Positions 13,286 through 26,299 of a stretch of DNA of 64,000 bases are shown here, one piece after another; position 1 is the first letter of the stretch; each line of letters begins with the position of its first letter. The notes under the pieces were generated by a model, which made no database searches, was not told where the DNA came from, and saw only the letters and a list, made by a program, of their open reading frames with translations. Source of the DNA: Octopus vulgaris (taxonomy: Eukaryota); the NCBI GenBank assembly GCA_951406725.2, contig OX597825.1:43338001-43402000 (forward strand). Reading direction: 5' to 3'. Both the position numbers and the translations under genes were made by a program.

Positions 13286-14183
13286 CAAGCACCGAACAAG
13301 TCCTACTGCAAACATGTGTGTTTATTTATTTGTCTGGATGACCTTTTAGATATGCGTAATATACATACATACATACATAAATACATACATACACATAGAT
13401 AAACACCCACAGATAGATACACTGGGTGCTTCAGTCTATTTTTAGGTCATTTGCACTTGAAGTAGAAAGCTGTAAATAACAGCGTGTTAGAAATTGGGCT
13501 AGGAAAAGTCGAAGACTGACTGTGCAACACGAAAACCCCGCTTGTGTAAATATAACAGACGTTATACCATTAGATCAAATCAATCCATCGAATTTCTGTA
13601 TCCATTTTAGAAATTTTATTCATGCCAGCAAGAATTGCCCGTTGCTGACATCATAAAAATTTTGTAAAATTGAGAGAACGGGAAATAATACGTTTTTAAT
13701 GGTTGAGCTTCCATTTTTTCCTTCATAAGAATAAAGTTTCTACAATAAAGAAAAGTTCGAAGGATGTAGAAAATCAGTCTGGTTTACAGACATAGGTTCC
13801 GTCCTATTGGCAGCCTTCATCTTTTCCTATCCGAATGGTTTTTCACGTAACATTTACACGCTGTTGACGCTTTTAAAAACAATATTATATCGATGAAACA
13901 AAAAAATATCAGATATTTTAAAACATGCGGTGATCTGAAGTGTGCTATTTAAATATGGAATCGGCGTGAGAAGATAACAATCATGATTCAAAACTCATAA
14001 ATCACCGAACCTCTTTTCAATATTGTTAGCATCTATCTTTGTGATAATAATACAATTTGTACACCTTGATATTACATTTTCGTCAGATACTCTGCTCGTT
14101 TCCTGAAATTAGCTTCGTTTTCTTATTTATCAATTTTGCTGTATGTGTTTATATGGGTAAGAGAGTATATCTATATAGACGTA

Positions 14184-15459
14184 CGAGGGGCGTTCAATAA
14201 GTAATGCCCCTGACCCACTTCCCATAGCAGTAGAGCAACGACACTTGGCACAGTTATTAGTCTTTTCCTACATAGGAACTACCCAGAGTTATGCATTTCT
14301 CCCATCGTTTGATATAGCTCTGGAGACCGTTTTTGTAGAAGACCCCAGCTTAGTCTTCCAACCACGACGTGACTTCAGAAATCAAGGCTGCATCATCTGG
14401 GAAACGCTTTCCTTTCAAAATCAACTTCATGGCTGGGAAGAGGTGAAAATCAGAGGGTGCAAGGAGAGGAGTTCATAGCTGCACGCCTGTGCTTCTGATC
14501 TGGCGACACGCGAGTTGTGGACCGACACGCGAGTTGTCCTGCAGGAGGAGGATGCCTTTGCTGATCTTGCCCCGCCTCTTGATTTTGATAGCTTCTCTTA
14601 ATTTCCTCAAAAGTGAAGCATAATAGGCTCCTGTAATTATGGTACCCTTTGCCAGGAAATCTGTCATCACTACTCCGTCCTGGTCCCAGAAGACTGTGAG
14701 CATAACCTTGTCAGCGGAGGGCTGCACCCTTGCCTTCTTTGGAGGAGGTGAGTCACGGTGCTTTCACTGCATTGACTGGGCTTTGGTCTATGGATCATAG
14801 TGATGGACCCAGGTTTTATCCTGTGTGATCAGTCTTTTGAAAAAGTTTGACTCATCTTCTTGGCACATCTCCAAATTCATCCTCGAGCACTCAACGCGTT
14901 CTTGCTTCTGGAAAGGTGTGAGCAACCTGGAAATCCATCTGGCAGACACCTTTTGCATATGCAAATGGTCATGAATGATAGTTTCCACAGACCCGGTACT
15001 AATCTTGACCTTATGGGCTATTTGGCGAATAGTTATGCGTTGACCTTCCAAAATGGCAGCCTCAACTTGACGGACAGACGTCTCATCAACGGCAGAAGGG
15101 GGCGACCAGATCTGGGAGCTGTTTCCACAGAGTTCCGACTATGTTTGAATTCACAATGCCAGCATTTTACAAGGTCATATGATGGGGCATCATCACCATA
15201 AGTTACTTTCATTTCATCAAAAGTCTTCCGTGGTGTGCGTCCTTTCAAATACAAAAACCAGATCACTGCTAGACACTCAACAGGCTCCATTTCACACTTG
15301 ACTCAGTTCAAACACCTGTAAATCAGAAACCACAATTATTTCATTTAGCTGTAATTCGCCACTTAATCTATAGAGGTATAAATAAGTGCACATGCAAAAT
15401 TTCAGCTAGATCAAACAACTGCAAGTGGGTCAGAGGCATTGCTTATTGAACGCCCCTCG
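14184..15459 (-). mobile_element. Full-length mariner transposon, frameshifted transposase (irritans-like)
   Basis: TIRs CGAGGGGCGTTCAATAAG.AATGCC.CTGACCCACTT with TA TSD. Motifs KVSARWI, LITQDKTWVHHYDP, KVMLTVFWD, LLQDN and LAPSDFHLF. Confidence 0.97.
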
Positions 15460-15984
15460 TATAAATTGCAATTTTTGTCATTTTGGTTTAATTGTGTGTG
15501 AGAAGAAACCAGTTTATATAATCTCTACACTAAAATTTGTAGATATATTTTTGTCTTTATAACTGTACATTTGGCATTTTAAAGTCATGTATCGTTAAGA
15601 TTATTTGTATATTTTTGTTTCCCTCTAAGCTTGCAATGATGTATGTATGTAAATGTGTATGTATGTGTGTGCATGTCTTTCTGTATGCATGTATACGTGT
15701 GTGTATGTGTGTGCGTATGTGTTTGTATGTACGCATGTATGTGCATTCATAAATCTGTTTATGTCCGTTTGAATTTGTGTATGCGTATAAATTGTGTGCA
15801 TCACCATCATATATATATATCTGTGTGTGTGTGTGTGTGTGTGTAGGTGTGTTCACTCGTGTATAATTGAGAATGTGGTATATCTATGTATATGCAAGTG
15901 TGCATGTGTATGAGCGTGTGAGATTGTCTGTGTGTGAATACAGCTGTCTGTCTTTCATCATGTATATATGTGTGTGTACATTGG

Positions 15985-16365
15985 GCTTTCACTTCATAAA
16001 CGCCAGCTCAGTTTTATTCGTTTCAGTCGAAAGACACCTGTTCTAATTCCTTGTTGTTTGTATTCGTAATTGTGTACCTGTTCTCCGTTTTTTGTCTTTG
16101 TTGTCGTACCCATTAGCTTGCTTTCTTACAAAGGGGTCTAATGCACTTAGCTTGGATTTTGGGGGAGCAATCGGATGGAAACCTCTCAAGTGTAACTGGC
16201 CGAAATGGTCGTGACGTCTGGTACTTGACTGAAGAAAGAAGGCCACGAATGACCCATCTTTTTCGCCTGTCGTTCTAATTGTTGTTTCTCTTGTCCGCCT
16301 TTGTATCGTCTATCTGTCTGAATGTTTTTATTGTCCTCTGTTGCGTGTTTGTTCCATTTTTATGT
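15985..16365 (+). mobile_element. Family A repeat copy
   Basis: Shares ACGCCAGC..AGTCGAAAGACAC and TCTAATGC.CTTAGCTT with 1380-1530. Confidence 0.6.
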
Positions 16366-16374
16366 ATATATATA

Positions 16375-16813
16375 ATAGAAATATTATTATTTCTAAGTCT
16401 CTCTAAAGGAGACTACGGTTGCGGTTCTGGAGTTTTAATAGTTATCGCCAAGCTAATATGGCAGTCCATAAATATAGAACGAAAGCTGCCGTTGATTAGC
16501 TAGCTATATGACACACGAACCTGTGTCCATTATAACCTTCGAACAGGGGAGGTCAGCCGCTTCCCCTTGCTGGTCAGGCATCTGCAGACATGTTTCAGGG
16601 TATTTGCCCTTTATCAATGCAGAGTAGCCGAACCCAGCAGCCGTCGCTACTGACCGTCTGTTCGAAGGATTATTTACCTAAATTCAGTGGAATACATCCA
16701 CTGGTTTTCAAAAATAGAAATATTTTTATTTCTAAGTCTCTCTAAAGGAGACTACAGCAGCGGTACTGGATATTAATAGTTATCGCCAAGCTAATATGGC
16801 AGTCCAGAAATAT
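16375..16813 (-). mobile_element. Retrozyme-like unit (~340-bp period, ~100-bp direct repeats) carrying a hammerhead motif
   Basis: ATAGAAATATT.TTATTTCTAAGTCTCTCTAAAGGAGACTAC...GCTAATATGGCAGTCCA occurs at 16375 and 16714. Internal inverted repeat CCTTCGAACAG/CTGTTCGAAGG. Confidence 0.65.
16582..16622 (-). ncRNA. Minimal type-I hammerhead ribozyme motif (core mutated)
   Basis: Minus strand: CTGCA-TTGATAA-AGGG-caaata-CCCT-GAAAC-AT-GTC-TGCAG. Stems I and II pair perfectly and stem III is the palindromic ACATGT; the core differs from CUGAUGA at 2 positions. Confidence 0.7.
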
Positions 16814-16871
16814 ATATAGACACATTCATACATACATACATACATACATACATACATACATACATACATAC

Positions 16872-16902
<31 letters not shown>

Positions 16903-17256
16903 ATGAGAGAAACACAGTTGAATTCACACACACATATACAGACACACACACACACACATATATATGCATTTATATGCATGTGTGTATATATATCTCACCT
17001 TCACCTTCCTTTCCTACTTGATGTGCCCTTCTCTTTCCCAACTATCTGTACTACACCTGATTACAAACTACATATGAATACTTCATTCGAATGTAAATTT
17101 TTTATCATTTGATTTTCTGTCTGAAGAATTTATAATAGGAAATTTCGTACATGTCTATCCAACATGTACAACTTTCTAATTCATATTGGCAAATAACATG
17201 AGTAATGGTACATTAATTACATTTGACGGATATTTGTCCTTATATTTTTTGGTGTT

Positions 17257-17302
17257 AACACAACGTTTCGGCTGATATACCCTCCAGCCTTTATCAGGTG
17301 TC
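17257..17302 (-). ncRNA. Minimal type-I hammerhead ribozyme motif (G8A)
   Basis: Minus strand: GACAC-CTGATAA-A-GGCTG-gagggtatat-CAGCC-GAAAC-GTT-GTGTT. Stem I GACAC/GTGTT, stem II GGCTG/CAGCC, palindromic AACGTT. Confidence 0.7.
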
Positions 17303-17349
17303 TTTTGAAATTTTGAACCTGGGTTCTCATTTCTATGGTATTTTCTATG

Positions 17350-17580
<231 letters not shown>

Positions 17581-18701
17581 TTCAGGTCACTGCCTGGAAT
17601 CGGACGCGTAATCTTGGGGTTAGTTGCCCGCGCTCTTAACCACTACGCCATATGCCCATGTAATGAATAACGGTATTAAATAATACCAAAGAAGGATTAC
17701 AACTCTTCTTTTTGATATATACATATATATGTATACGTGTGTGTGTATATGTGATTGTATGTGTTTTTGCTGGAGTGCTCACGCATGTATTAACCCTTAC
17801 ATCAGTTTCGCATCCGAATGCTTTAGTCTGAGTTTCGTAACGTTCACAGCTTCTAGATAAATCTATTTGTCATTGACTGATGAATAAGGCTCTTTCTTGT
17901 TAGATGGTTTTAGTTTATTATAAGCTCTATAAAATATGATACTTACACACCTAAATATTATAAGATGTGCCTAGATATCTAGGACATTCCAGGGAGCATC
18001 TTCTCACTAGATGCATTTATAAGTTGAAAATAATAATTTTCCTTTTTATATATAACCTCATGTATTATACAACCGAATAGGAGACAAAACATTTTACAGT
18101 ATTCAGTGTCTTTTACAAGAGTTTTAAATTGAAATCATGTCCAGACAGTGTTTATCATCCGATGCTATGAAATATATCAGAGGCGGTTAAATAAGACACT
18201 AGCAGGCTCACTACTAAGAAATATATAACAATATTCCACAGACTATGTATCTTTGTTAACCTTAGATAGAAAATATTCGAACAATATTTTTTCTGAGTAC
18301 GCAAAGTACTATTAAAATCAAAACTTGAAGTATTATATGAATTAAGTATATTCTTCATATATTTCTAAATATTGTATTAGAAATATTACTTTGGTAGTCT
18401 AAGTTTTTCCTGAATGGATGCATTCTTGCTTCATGGAAGAAACTAATTCAGTTTTGAGAAGCTATCACATAACTTTTGAAGTAGGTTTATATCAAGGAAT
18501 GAAATTTCAAAAATACGGCATAGATTTCTAAAAGTAGCTCGTGTATTACTTATAGGATTTTCTTTATGTTTTATTTCAGATTCAGAATTCTATATTCCGC
18601 TCTAGGAGCTATCACCAAAGAAAAAATATATATAATATAATGAGACATATTATCCGCGCACACACTTATACATACATACACAAACATTTGTGTATATGCT
18701 T

Positions 18702-18782
<81 letters not shown>

Positions 18783-18879
18783 GAAAGGCAGGAAGAGTGA
18801 GAGAGTTAGAGAGAACGTGAGCGAGAGTATCACGCTCATAATCGGATATATCGAACCGTTCTAGGAACAAATATGCACC

Positions 18880-18981
<102 letters not shown>

Positions 18982-18994
18982 GTGTGTGTATAAA

Positions 18995-19390
18995 TCGAAC
19001 AAAAATGCAATAGAGAACATTAAAGCATTCGGACAGATAGACGATATAAAGGCGGACAAGAGAAACAATAATTAGAAGGACAGGTAAAAAAAGAAGGGTC
19101 ATTCGTGGCTTTTTTCCTCAGTTAAATTCCAGAAGTCACGACCATTTCGGGTAGTTACACTCGTGATGGTTCGATCTGGTTGCCCCCCCCCCCAATAATG
19201 TCTAAGCTAAGATCATTAGATCCCTTTGTAAGAAAGCTAGCAAATGTGTACGGCAACAAATACAAAAAACAAACAACAAAAAACGGAGACATGGTACACA
19301 ATTACGAATACAAACAAGAAATAACAACAGGTGTCTTTCGACTGAGAACGAATCAATTTGAACTGGCGTGTATGAGGGTTCAGCTTCAAG
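18995..19390 (-). mobile_element. Family A repeat copy
   Basis: Reverse complement of 15985-16365 motifs (AACAGGTGTCTTTCGACTGA; GTCACGACCATTTCGG). Confidence 0.65.
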
Positions 19391-20020
19391 CATCACCACG
19401 CACTGCTAATAATAGATGTTAAACCCTTTTTTACTTTCTTTAAAATCTCCGAGAATAACACACATGTTGTAGGGAAGTAAAAGAAAGATGATGAATCAAA
19501 GTTGGTTAACCGTAGACACGTTTCGAACTCAAAGTAAAAATAATTTTAGTTACTGTCTTAACAGTACGGTACTCCTTAGAGCATTAATTCGTGAGTATTT
19601 AAAAAAAATATGCACTTGGCCATGCGACATCAAGTGTCATATATCCATCCATACTCGCAAAAATATACTACTGCGTTTAATTCAAATCTCACTTTTATAC
19701 ACATGTGTGTGTACACATCTAAGACCGCAGTAAATGCCATTTCGATCATTTAGGTTAATTTTCAACATTATTTTATAATTACATGCATAATCATAACAAG
19801 CGGTCAGCTTAAATTTATGCTCTAAGGAGTACCGTACTGATGAAACAGTAAGTAAAGATATTTTTACTTTGAGTTCGAAACGCGTCTATGGTTAACCAAT
19901 TTTGATACATTATCTTTCTTTTACTTACCTACAATATGTGTGTTATTCTCGGAGATTTGAAGGTAGTAAAAAGGCTTTAACGTCTATTTTTAGCAGCACG
20001 TGGTGATGCTTTAAACTGAC
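19380..20020. mobile_element. Element with ~205-bp inverted arms, each carrying a hammerhead motif (inverted pLTR-like)
   Basis: 19380-19586 is an imperfect reverse complement of 19815-20020. Confidence 0.8.
19831..19892 (+). ncRNA. Minimal hammerhead motif with intact CUGAUGA/GAAA/GUC core
   Basis: ACCGTA-CTGATGA-aacagt..AAGTAAAGAtatTTTTACTT..gagttc-GAAAC-GC-GTC-TATGGT. A mutated mirror copy lies at 19509-19570 (-). Confidence 0.7.
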
Positions 20021-20262
20021 CCCTTGTTATAATTATGTGTATAATTATAAAATAATTTGTAAAATTTACTTGAACGGTTTTTATTTTCCACCCTGGCTAC
20101 GGTTACCTGGTAAAATCATTGCTGATTTTACCCTTTATCATTATTAAAAATATATATATATATATACAGCATAGTAAACAGCTTAGGAGACATAGGAATA
20201 GATATAAACACAGATATAATGAAATAGAGTGTCGGCAAAGTTTAATATTATGATGAAGTTAA

Positions 20263-20843
20263 GGCGACGAGCTGGCAGAAACATTAGCACGCCGGGTGAA
20301 ATGCCTAGCGGTATTTCGTCTGTCTTTACGTTCTGAGTTCAAATTCCGCCGAGGCCGACTTTGCCTTTCATCCTTCCAGACTCGATAAATTAAGTACCAG
20401 TTACACACTGGGGTCGATATAATCGACTTAATCCGTTTGGCTGTCCTTGTTTGTCATCTCTGTGTTTAGCTCTTTGTGGGTAGTAAAGAAATAGGTATTT
20501 CGCCTGCCGCTACGTTCTGAGTTTAAATTCCGCCGAGGTCGACTTTGGCTTTCATCATTTCAGGGTCGATTAAATAAGTACCAGTTGCGCACCAGGGTCG
20601 ATATAATGGACTTAATCCGTTTGTCTGTCCTTGTTTGTCCCTTCTGTGTTCAGCCCCTTGTGGGTAGTAAAGAAATAAGTATTTCGTCTGTCTTTAGGTT
20701 CTGAGTTCTAATTCCACCGAGGTTGACTTTGCCTTTCATCCTTTCGGGGTCGATAAATTAAGTATCAGTTACATACTGGGGTCGAACTAATCGACTGGCC
20801 CCCTCCTCCAAAATTTCGGGCCTTGTGCCTTGAGTACAAAAGA
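20263..20843 (+). mobile_element. SINE with internally triplicated ~180-bp unit
   Basis: GGCGACGAGCTGGCAGAAAC head; three copies of GTTCTGAGTT..AATTCC.CCGAGG..GACTTTG.CTTTCATC...AAGTA.CAGTT. Monomeric relative at 28845-29057 (-). Confidence 0.85.
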
Positions 20844-21104
20844 ATATTATGACGTTGCTGTTGTTGATGATGAGGACGAGGAAGAGGGGGAGAAGAAGAA
20901 GGACGAGATGGAATTAACGGGATTGGATTTTATTTGAGTAGAGATTTATTCTCCCATTGTATTCTTCATCTTTGTACAGGATTTTAAGTAATGAATGCAT
21001 GTGGTGTGTCTCAGTATATTTTACATGATCCATAGGTAAATTTTCCTGGTTGTGTACGCCGCTACAATCAGTCCCTTTACAAGTGTACTGTTTGTGTCAC
21101 TTTT

Positions 21105-21149
<45 letters not shown>

Positions 21150-22188
21150 ATTTTTACGTTGAAAGGCCCCATAGCTGAGCTGGTACTTTGATAGTTGAAT
21201 CGGTTGTAACAAAGCATAACACTCGTTTTCTGCTTTTACAATAGTACGTTTAGCGTGCATCTCAATCATCTCAACCAAATTTACATAACGTCCTAGCCAC
21301 AAGGAAGTAAAAAACGTCAGGCAAAAGGAATTCTTTCAAATATGCTAATTTTGCCTAATTTATTATTTCATTTATTTTTTATTATTCGTTGATATCAAAT
21401 GAACAGTAAACAGTATTGATGAATCAGATGCTGGTTGGGACAGTTGTAACGCTGGCGTAAGTTACATTGTATATCGCTCTGCTGATGATTTAAGTGAAGA
21501 CAGTAGTTACTAGTAGCTTTGTGGCCTAAAGTGAAGCAGATCAATATAAAGAATTCATTTAATTAATTTACCAATTCTGTAGAGAAATCTCGACTGACTC
21601 ATAAAGTAACTCTATAATTACAAAAGAAAAAACTCCTCTATGCTGAAACGACACAGAGGTCAATTCGGATAGGAGGGAGAATAGTTGATCGAACGAGAAT
21701 TTTCGATAAAATTCTTATAAATTAGACCATAAAATACAAAATGGTTTAGATTATAAGATATTAAGTGAAGGAAAATTAATAGTTTTTTTCGATGTTGAAT
21801 TTTCTAATCTTTATTTTGCTCTATACTTTATATTTTTGTGTGTACAGCGTGTTTTAATCTGTTCATGACCTTAAAAATTCTATTCATTTTGTTTTGATCA
21901 TAAATAGTTTCCATGCTGAAAATGTACACTGGGGAATTTTGCTGATATATATGGAGTTTAGTGTATCCTCAAAATTGATAGGAAGAGTTAGAATAAAATA
22001 CTGAGGAAAAACTAGGAATGTTTATTCTTCCGGTGGTGTTACTCGTTATTATTTTAGGTTGGGTGGTGGTGTAGATGAGAGAAATAATTTTCAGAAATAA
22101 ATACAACCGAAATTTATTTTAATTATTTCCATCTTAAATCGTCTCATTTCCAATTTTCCTAACTCTAATGTTACAATAATGTGTTTTA

Positions 22189-23463
22189 CGAGGGGCGTTC
22201 AATAAGTAATGCCCCTGACCCACTTCCCATAGCAGTAGAGCAACGACACTTGGCACAGTTATTAGTCTTTTCCTACATAGGAACTACCCAGAGTTATGCA
22301 TTTCTCCCATCGTTTGATACAGCTCTGGAGACCGTTTTTGTAGAAGACCCCAGCTTGGTCTTCCAACCACGACGTGACTTCAGAAATCAAGGCTGCATCA
22401 TCTGGGAAACGCTTCCTTTCAAAATCAACTTCATGGCTGGGAAGCGGTGAAAATCAGAGGGTGCAAGGAGAGGAGTTCATAGCTGCACGCCTGTGCTTCT
22501 GATCTGGCGACACGCGAGTTGTGGACCGACACGCGAGTTGTCCTGCAGCAGGAGGATGCCTTTGCTGATCTTGCCCCGCCTCTTGATTTTGATAGCTTCT
22601 CTTCATTTCCTCAAAAGTGAAGCATAATAGGCTCCTGTAATTGTGGTAACCTTTGCCAGGAAATCTGTCATCACTACTCCGTCCTGGTCCCAGAAGACTG
22701 TGAGCATAACCTTGTCAGCGGAGGGCTGCACCCTTGCCTTCTTTGGAGGAGGTGAGTCACGGTGCTTTCACTGCATTGACTGGGCTTTGGCCTATGGATC
22801 ATAGTGATGGACCCAGGTTTTATCCTGTGTGATCAGTCTTTTGAAAAAGTTTGACTCATCTTCTTGGCACATCTCCAAATTCATCCTCGAGCACTCAACG
22901 CGTTCTTGCTTCTGGAAAGGTGTGAGCAACCTGGAAATCCATCTGGCAGACACCTTTTGCATATGTAAATGGTCATTAATGATAGTTTCCACAGACCCGG
23001 TACTAATCTTGACCTTATGGGCTATTTGGCGAATAGTTATGCGTTGACCTTCCAAAATGGCAGCCTCAACTTGACGGACAGACGTCTCATCAACGGCAGA
23101 AGGGGGCGACCAGATCTGGGAGCTGTTTCCACAGAGTTCCGACTATGTTTGAATTCACAATGCCAGCGTTTTACAAGGTCATATGATGGGGCATCATCAC
23201 CATAAGTTACTTTCATTTCATCAAAAGTCTCCCGTGGTGTGCGTCCTTTCAAATACAAAAACCAGATAACTGCTCGACACTCAACAGGCTCCATTTCACA
23301 CTTGACTCAGTTCAAACACCTGTAAATCAGAAACCACAATTAGTTCATTTAGCTGTAATTCGCCACTTAATCTATAGAGGTATAAATAAGTGCACATGCA
23401 ACATTTCAGCTAGATCAAACAACTGCAAGTGGGTCAGGGGCATTACTTATTGAACGCCCCTCG
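22189..23463 (-). mobile_element. Full-length mariner transposon, second copy of 14184-15459
   Basis: Same TIRs and TA TSD; nearly identical internal sequence and ORF breaks. Confidence 0.97.
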
Positions 23464-23718
23464 TATGATAAGTTGTTGAGTTATTAGTATTCTCGGTTGC
23501 CATTAAATATTCCTGATAATCTTGGCTACATGAAACACAATAAATATTGCCGACAGCACCATCAACCGTCGTCCTTTCCGGGTATACATTCACATCCTCT
23601 TTGTAGACGTGTTGCGAAAATATTTAATGCTAACACATATTTGTATAAAAGGAAAATACATTATCATCACAAATAATCTGTTATCACCACAGACATCCTC
23701 ACACACACATACACATAA

Positions 23719-24030
23719 CTGGCACTCCATCCGTTACGACGACGTGGGTTCCAGTTGATCTGATCGGCGGAACAGCCTACGCGTGAAATTAACATGCAAA
23801 AGGCTGAGCACTCCACAGATACGCTTATCCTTAATATGATTCACAGGGAGATTCGGCGTGACTCAGATGGGTTCTTTGAATTACAGGTACGACTCATTTT
23901 TTGCCAGCTGAGTGAACTGGAGCAACGAGAAATAAAGTCTCTTGCTCAAAGACACAACTACCACTGGGAATCGAACTCACGACTTTACGATCGTCAGGTG
24001 AATACCCTACTCACTAAACCATGTGGCTTC
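23719..24030 (-). mobile_element. Decayed tRNA-derived SINE (family of 33988-34314)
   Basis: Reverse complement has GAGTTCGATTCCC, TCTTTGAGCAAGAGACTT, GTTGCTCCAGTTCACTCAGCTGGCAAAAAATGAGT and GTCGTCGTAACGGA. Confidence 0.8.
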
Positions 24031-25276
24031 ATTCCACACCTTACATTATAAACTGACTACAACAAATAATGTGTAAAGATTTCTTTTGGTTCCTTATAAC
24101 TATCTCCTTTAACCATAAGGTACAAATCTCCCAACACACCTCACATCAATCAATATTCTCGTAGGTCGATAGACAAAACAATCTTCAAATTACATTTTCT
24201 CTTATAGCAACTAGCAACACAAACATCAGTAAGGTATATATACATTCTACATTTGTACAAATGTGTCAATAACAGTCGAATCAAGCATGTTGTCAACAAA
24301 CAGAAGTCATGTAGAAAGAAAAGAAATAGTAAAATGTAAACCACTGTCGTACAATCAAGAGAACATTTACAAATATTTAAGGGCGACGACAAAGTATAGA
24401 AAAGTTTCTGGAGGCGTATTTTACATTCAGAGGGCTGATATTTATTATCCTAAACTAAATTCCCACAATAAGTTGCTATTTACCAATCATCAAGCCGTTC
24501 CAGTTGTAAATTATGGTGATAATGCTCTCTTCAAATAAGTAAAATAACATGTCAAGACGGAGGGAAAAAATAATGAATTTAATACAAAGTTGTGGGAGTT
24601 TTCTGAAGCTCGTAGTCTAATATACTATGTTTATTTTAAGAGTACGTCGTCAAATACAAATGACAAGGAGGTATTACCAACCATATTTGACAAAGACACC
24701 AAACAAATTAAAACATTACATGTGAATTTATGTATCAGAATATGTTTAAAAAATGGAAACTTGAAAATATAGAAATTAAGCATACAGATTAAGACTTCAT
24801 GGAACACCTTGATGTCACTAGCAAAAACCTGTAAATATAATTGTCGTAGCTACCAAAATGGCTATAATATTTTTGTAAGAGATGTGACAAAGCTACGGAA
24901 TTTACTTTGCTAGTGAAGTTATAGAAACATTATTGCAGTTAATTCATTTGTTCAAAGCTGAATTCTTAATTGATTTAGTTGGAATTTATATATACATATT
25001 GTAAGTTCTAGACGGAGACCAGCCCGAAACATAGTACAATGGCCCTATTTTCATGAAACTGTTTATTATTTAGCAGCTTTGATAGATTTTAAATGATTCA
25101 CGTTCAAATTACTATATTGCATCCTCTAAGTCTAAATTTAATATTTCTTCTTTTAAGATCTCGTCAATCCTAAATCTTCTTTTCCTTTCATGAAGTGTAT
25201 GTTTATTATGCTTCCAGTAACTTTATGTCAACGATATTTTTTATTGCCTGTCTGTTTCATTGCGATGTCTATTTAT

Positions 25277-25909
25277 AGCCATGAAACATTTTTCGTCAAA
25301 TTTTGACTTTTTCCAAAAATTTAAAATCTATATTAATGGGTCGGACCAATTTGACGAAAAAATGAGCAGAGTCTGGTAGCGAACCCATGTGATCGTCATT
25401 TTTGTACATGTGCGTAAAATGGCGAAATTTTACGCTTTGGGACAGATTTCGTCAAATTGATGTCACGATGGCTTATATGCAAAATGACTAAATTTTGCTT
25501 GAGAAATAAAATGTTCTTACTTAATCAAAACCTGAAACGCTGTGGAATTAAAAGAACGAAATGAAATAAGTTTTAGTAAATCAAAACAATTCGCATTGAA
25601 ATGAAGAATTAGCAAATGCTAAATAGATTACCGTTAATAAGCTGTCTGCTTATACCCATGGAACATTTCGGCATTTTTCGTCAAACTGATGTCACAAATG
25701 GCTAGTGTGAAAAATGCCAAAATTTTACGATCTTTGAAAAATCAATGCTGATTAAAAATCGATTTTTTTAAATACCAAGCGCGTAAGTAACCGCATGGGC
25801 ATAAGGCCCCCCCACACGTGTCAAGTTTTATTAAGGTCTGTTGAATAGTCTCTAAAGAGTTAAAGTAACAAATTCACAAACACCCAAACTTGCCATTTAT
25901 TATTATAGA
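25277..25909 (-). mobile_element. Possible non-autonomous Helitron-like repeat
   Basis: Minus strand starts TCTATAATAATAAATGGCAAGTTTGGGTGTTTGTG, a typical Helitron 5' end. Internal repeated TTCGTCAAA.TGATGTCAC..ATGGCT motif. 3' end not clear. Confidence 0.4.
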
Positions 25910-26299
25910 TGTGTTCTTACCATTATTGCCGTTATTATTGATTGTCACTGTAGCTGAACTTATTTTAGAGCTCGATGTGTTGTGCATTTTCTTTCCATTC
26001 TAGAGGTTTTATTGTTCAACCGTGTGTCATTGTTGACGGGAAAAATTAGGGATGATCAACTGTTTTTGTTACTCGATGGGGCTTACGAAGCAAATGATCT
26101 AAAAAAAGAAACTTTTTCGAAACGTCAAAAAAAATTCGAATTGGCGTTATTCGCGTTGTCTATATAGTCGGTAGAGAGAAAGTAGCTGGAGGTTTTGAAC
26201 GTGAAAGTGTCTTTCGCAGTTATCGCCTACCACACAGTACTAAATACGCCGTAGTGACTGAAAATAAAAGCAACAACAAACAAAATGGATGGTAAAACT

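Noticed and set aside
14011-14102. Possible minus-strand exon (TTTCAG, ETSRVSDENVISRCTNC...)
   Set aside because: Short open frame with a weak donor and no polypyrimidine tract; could be chance.
20263-20843. CRISPR-like repeat-spacer array
   Set aside because: The units are long SINE modules with homologous 'spacers'; eukaryotic context and no cas genes.
21021-21302. 93-aa minus ORF as a host exon
   Set aside because: Runs through a (GA)n tract and a SINE-like word; no recognisable domain or good donor.
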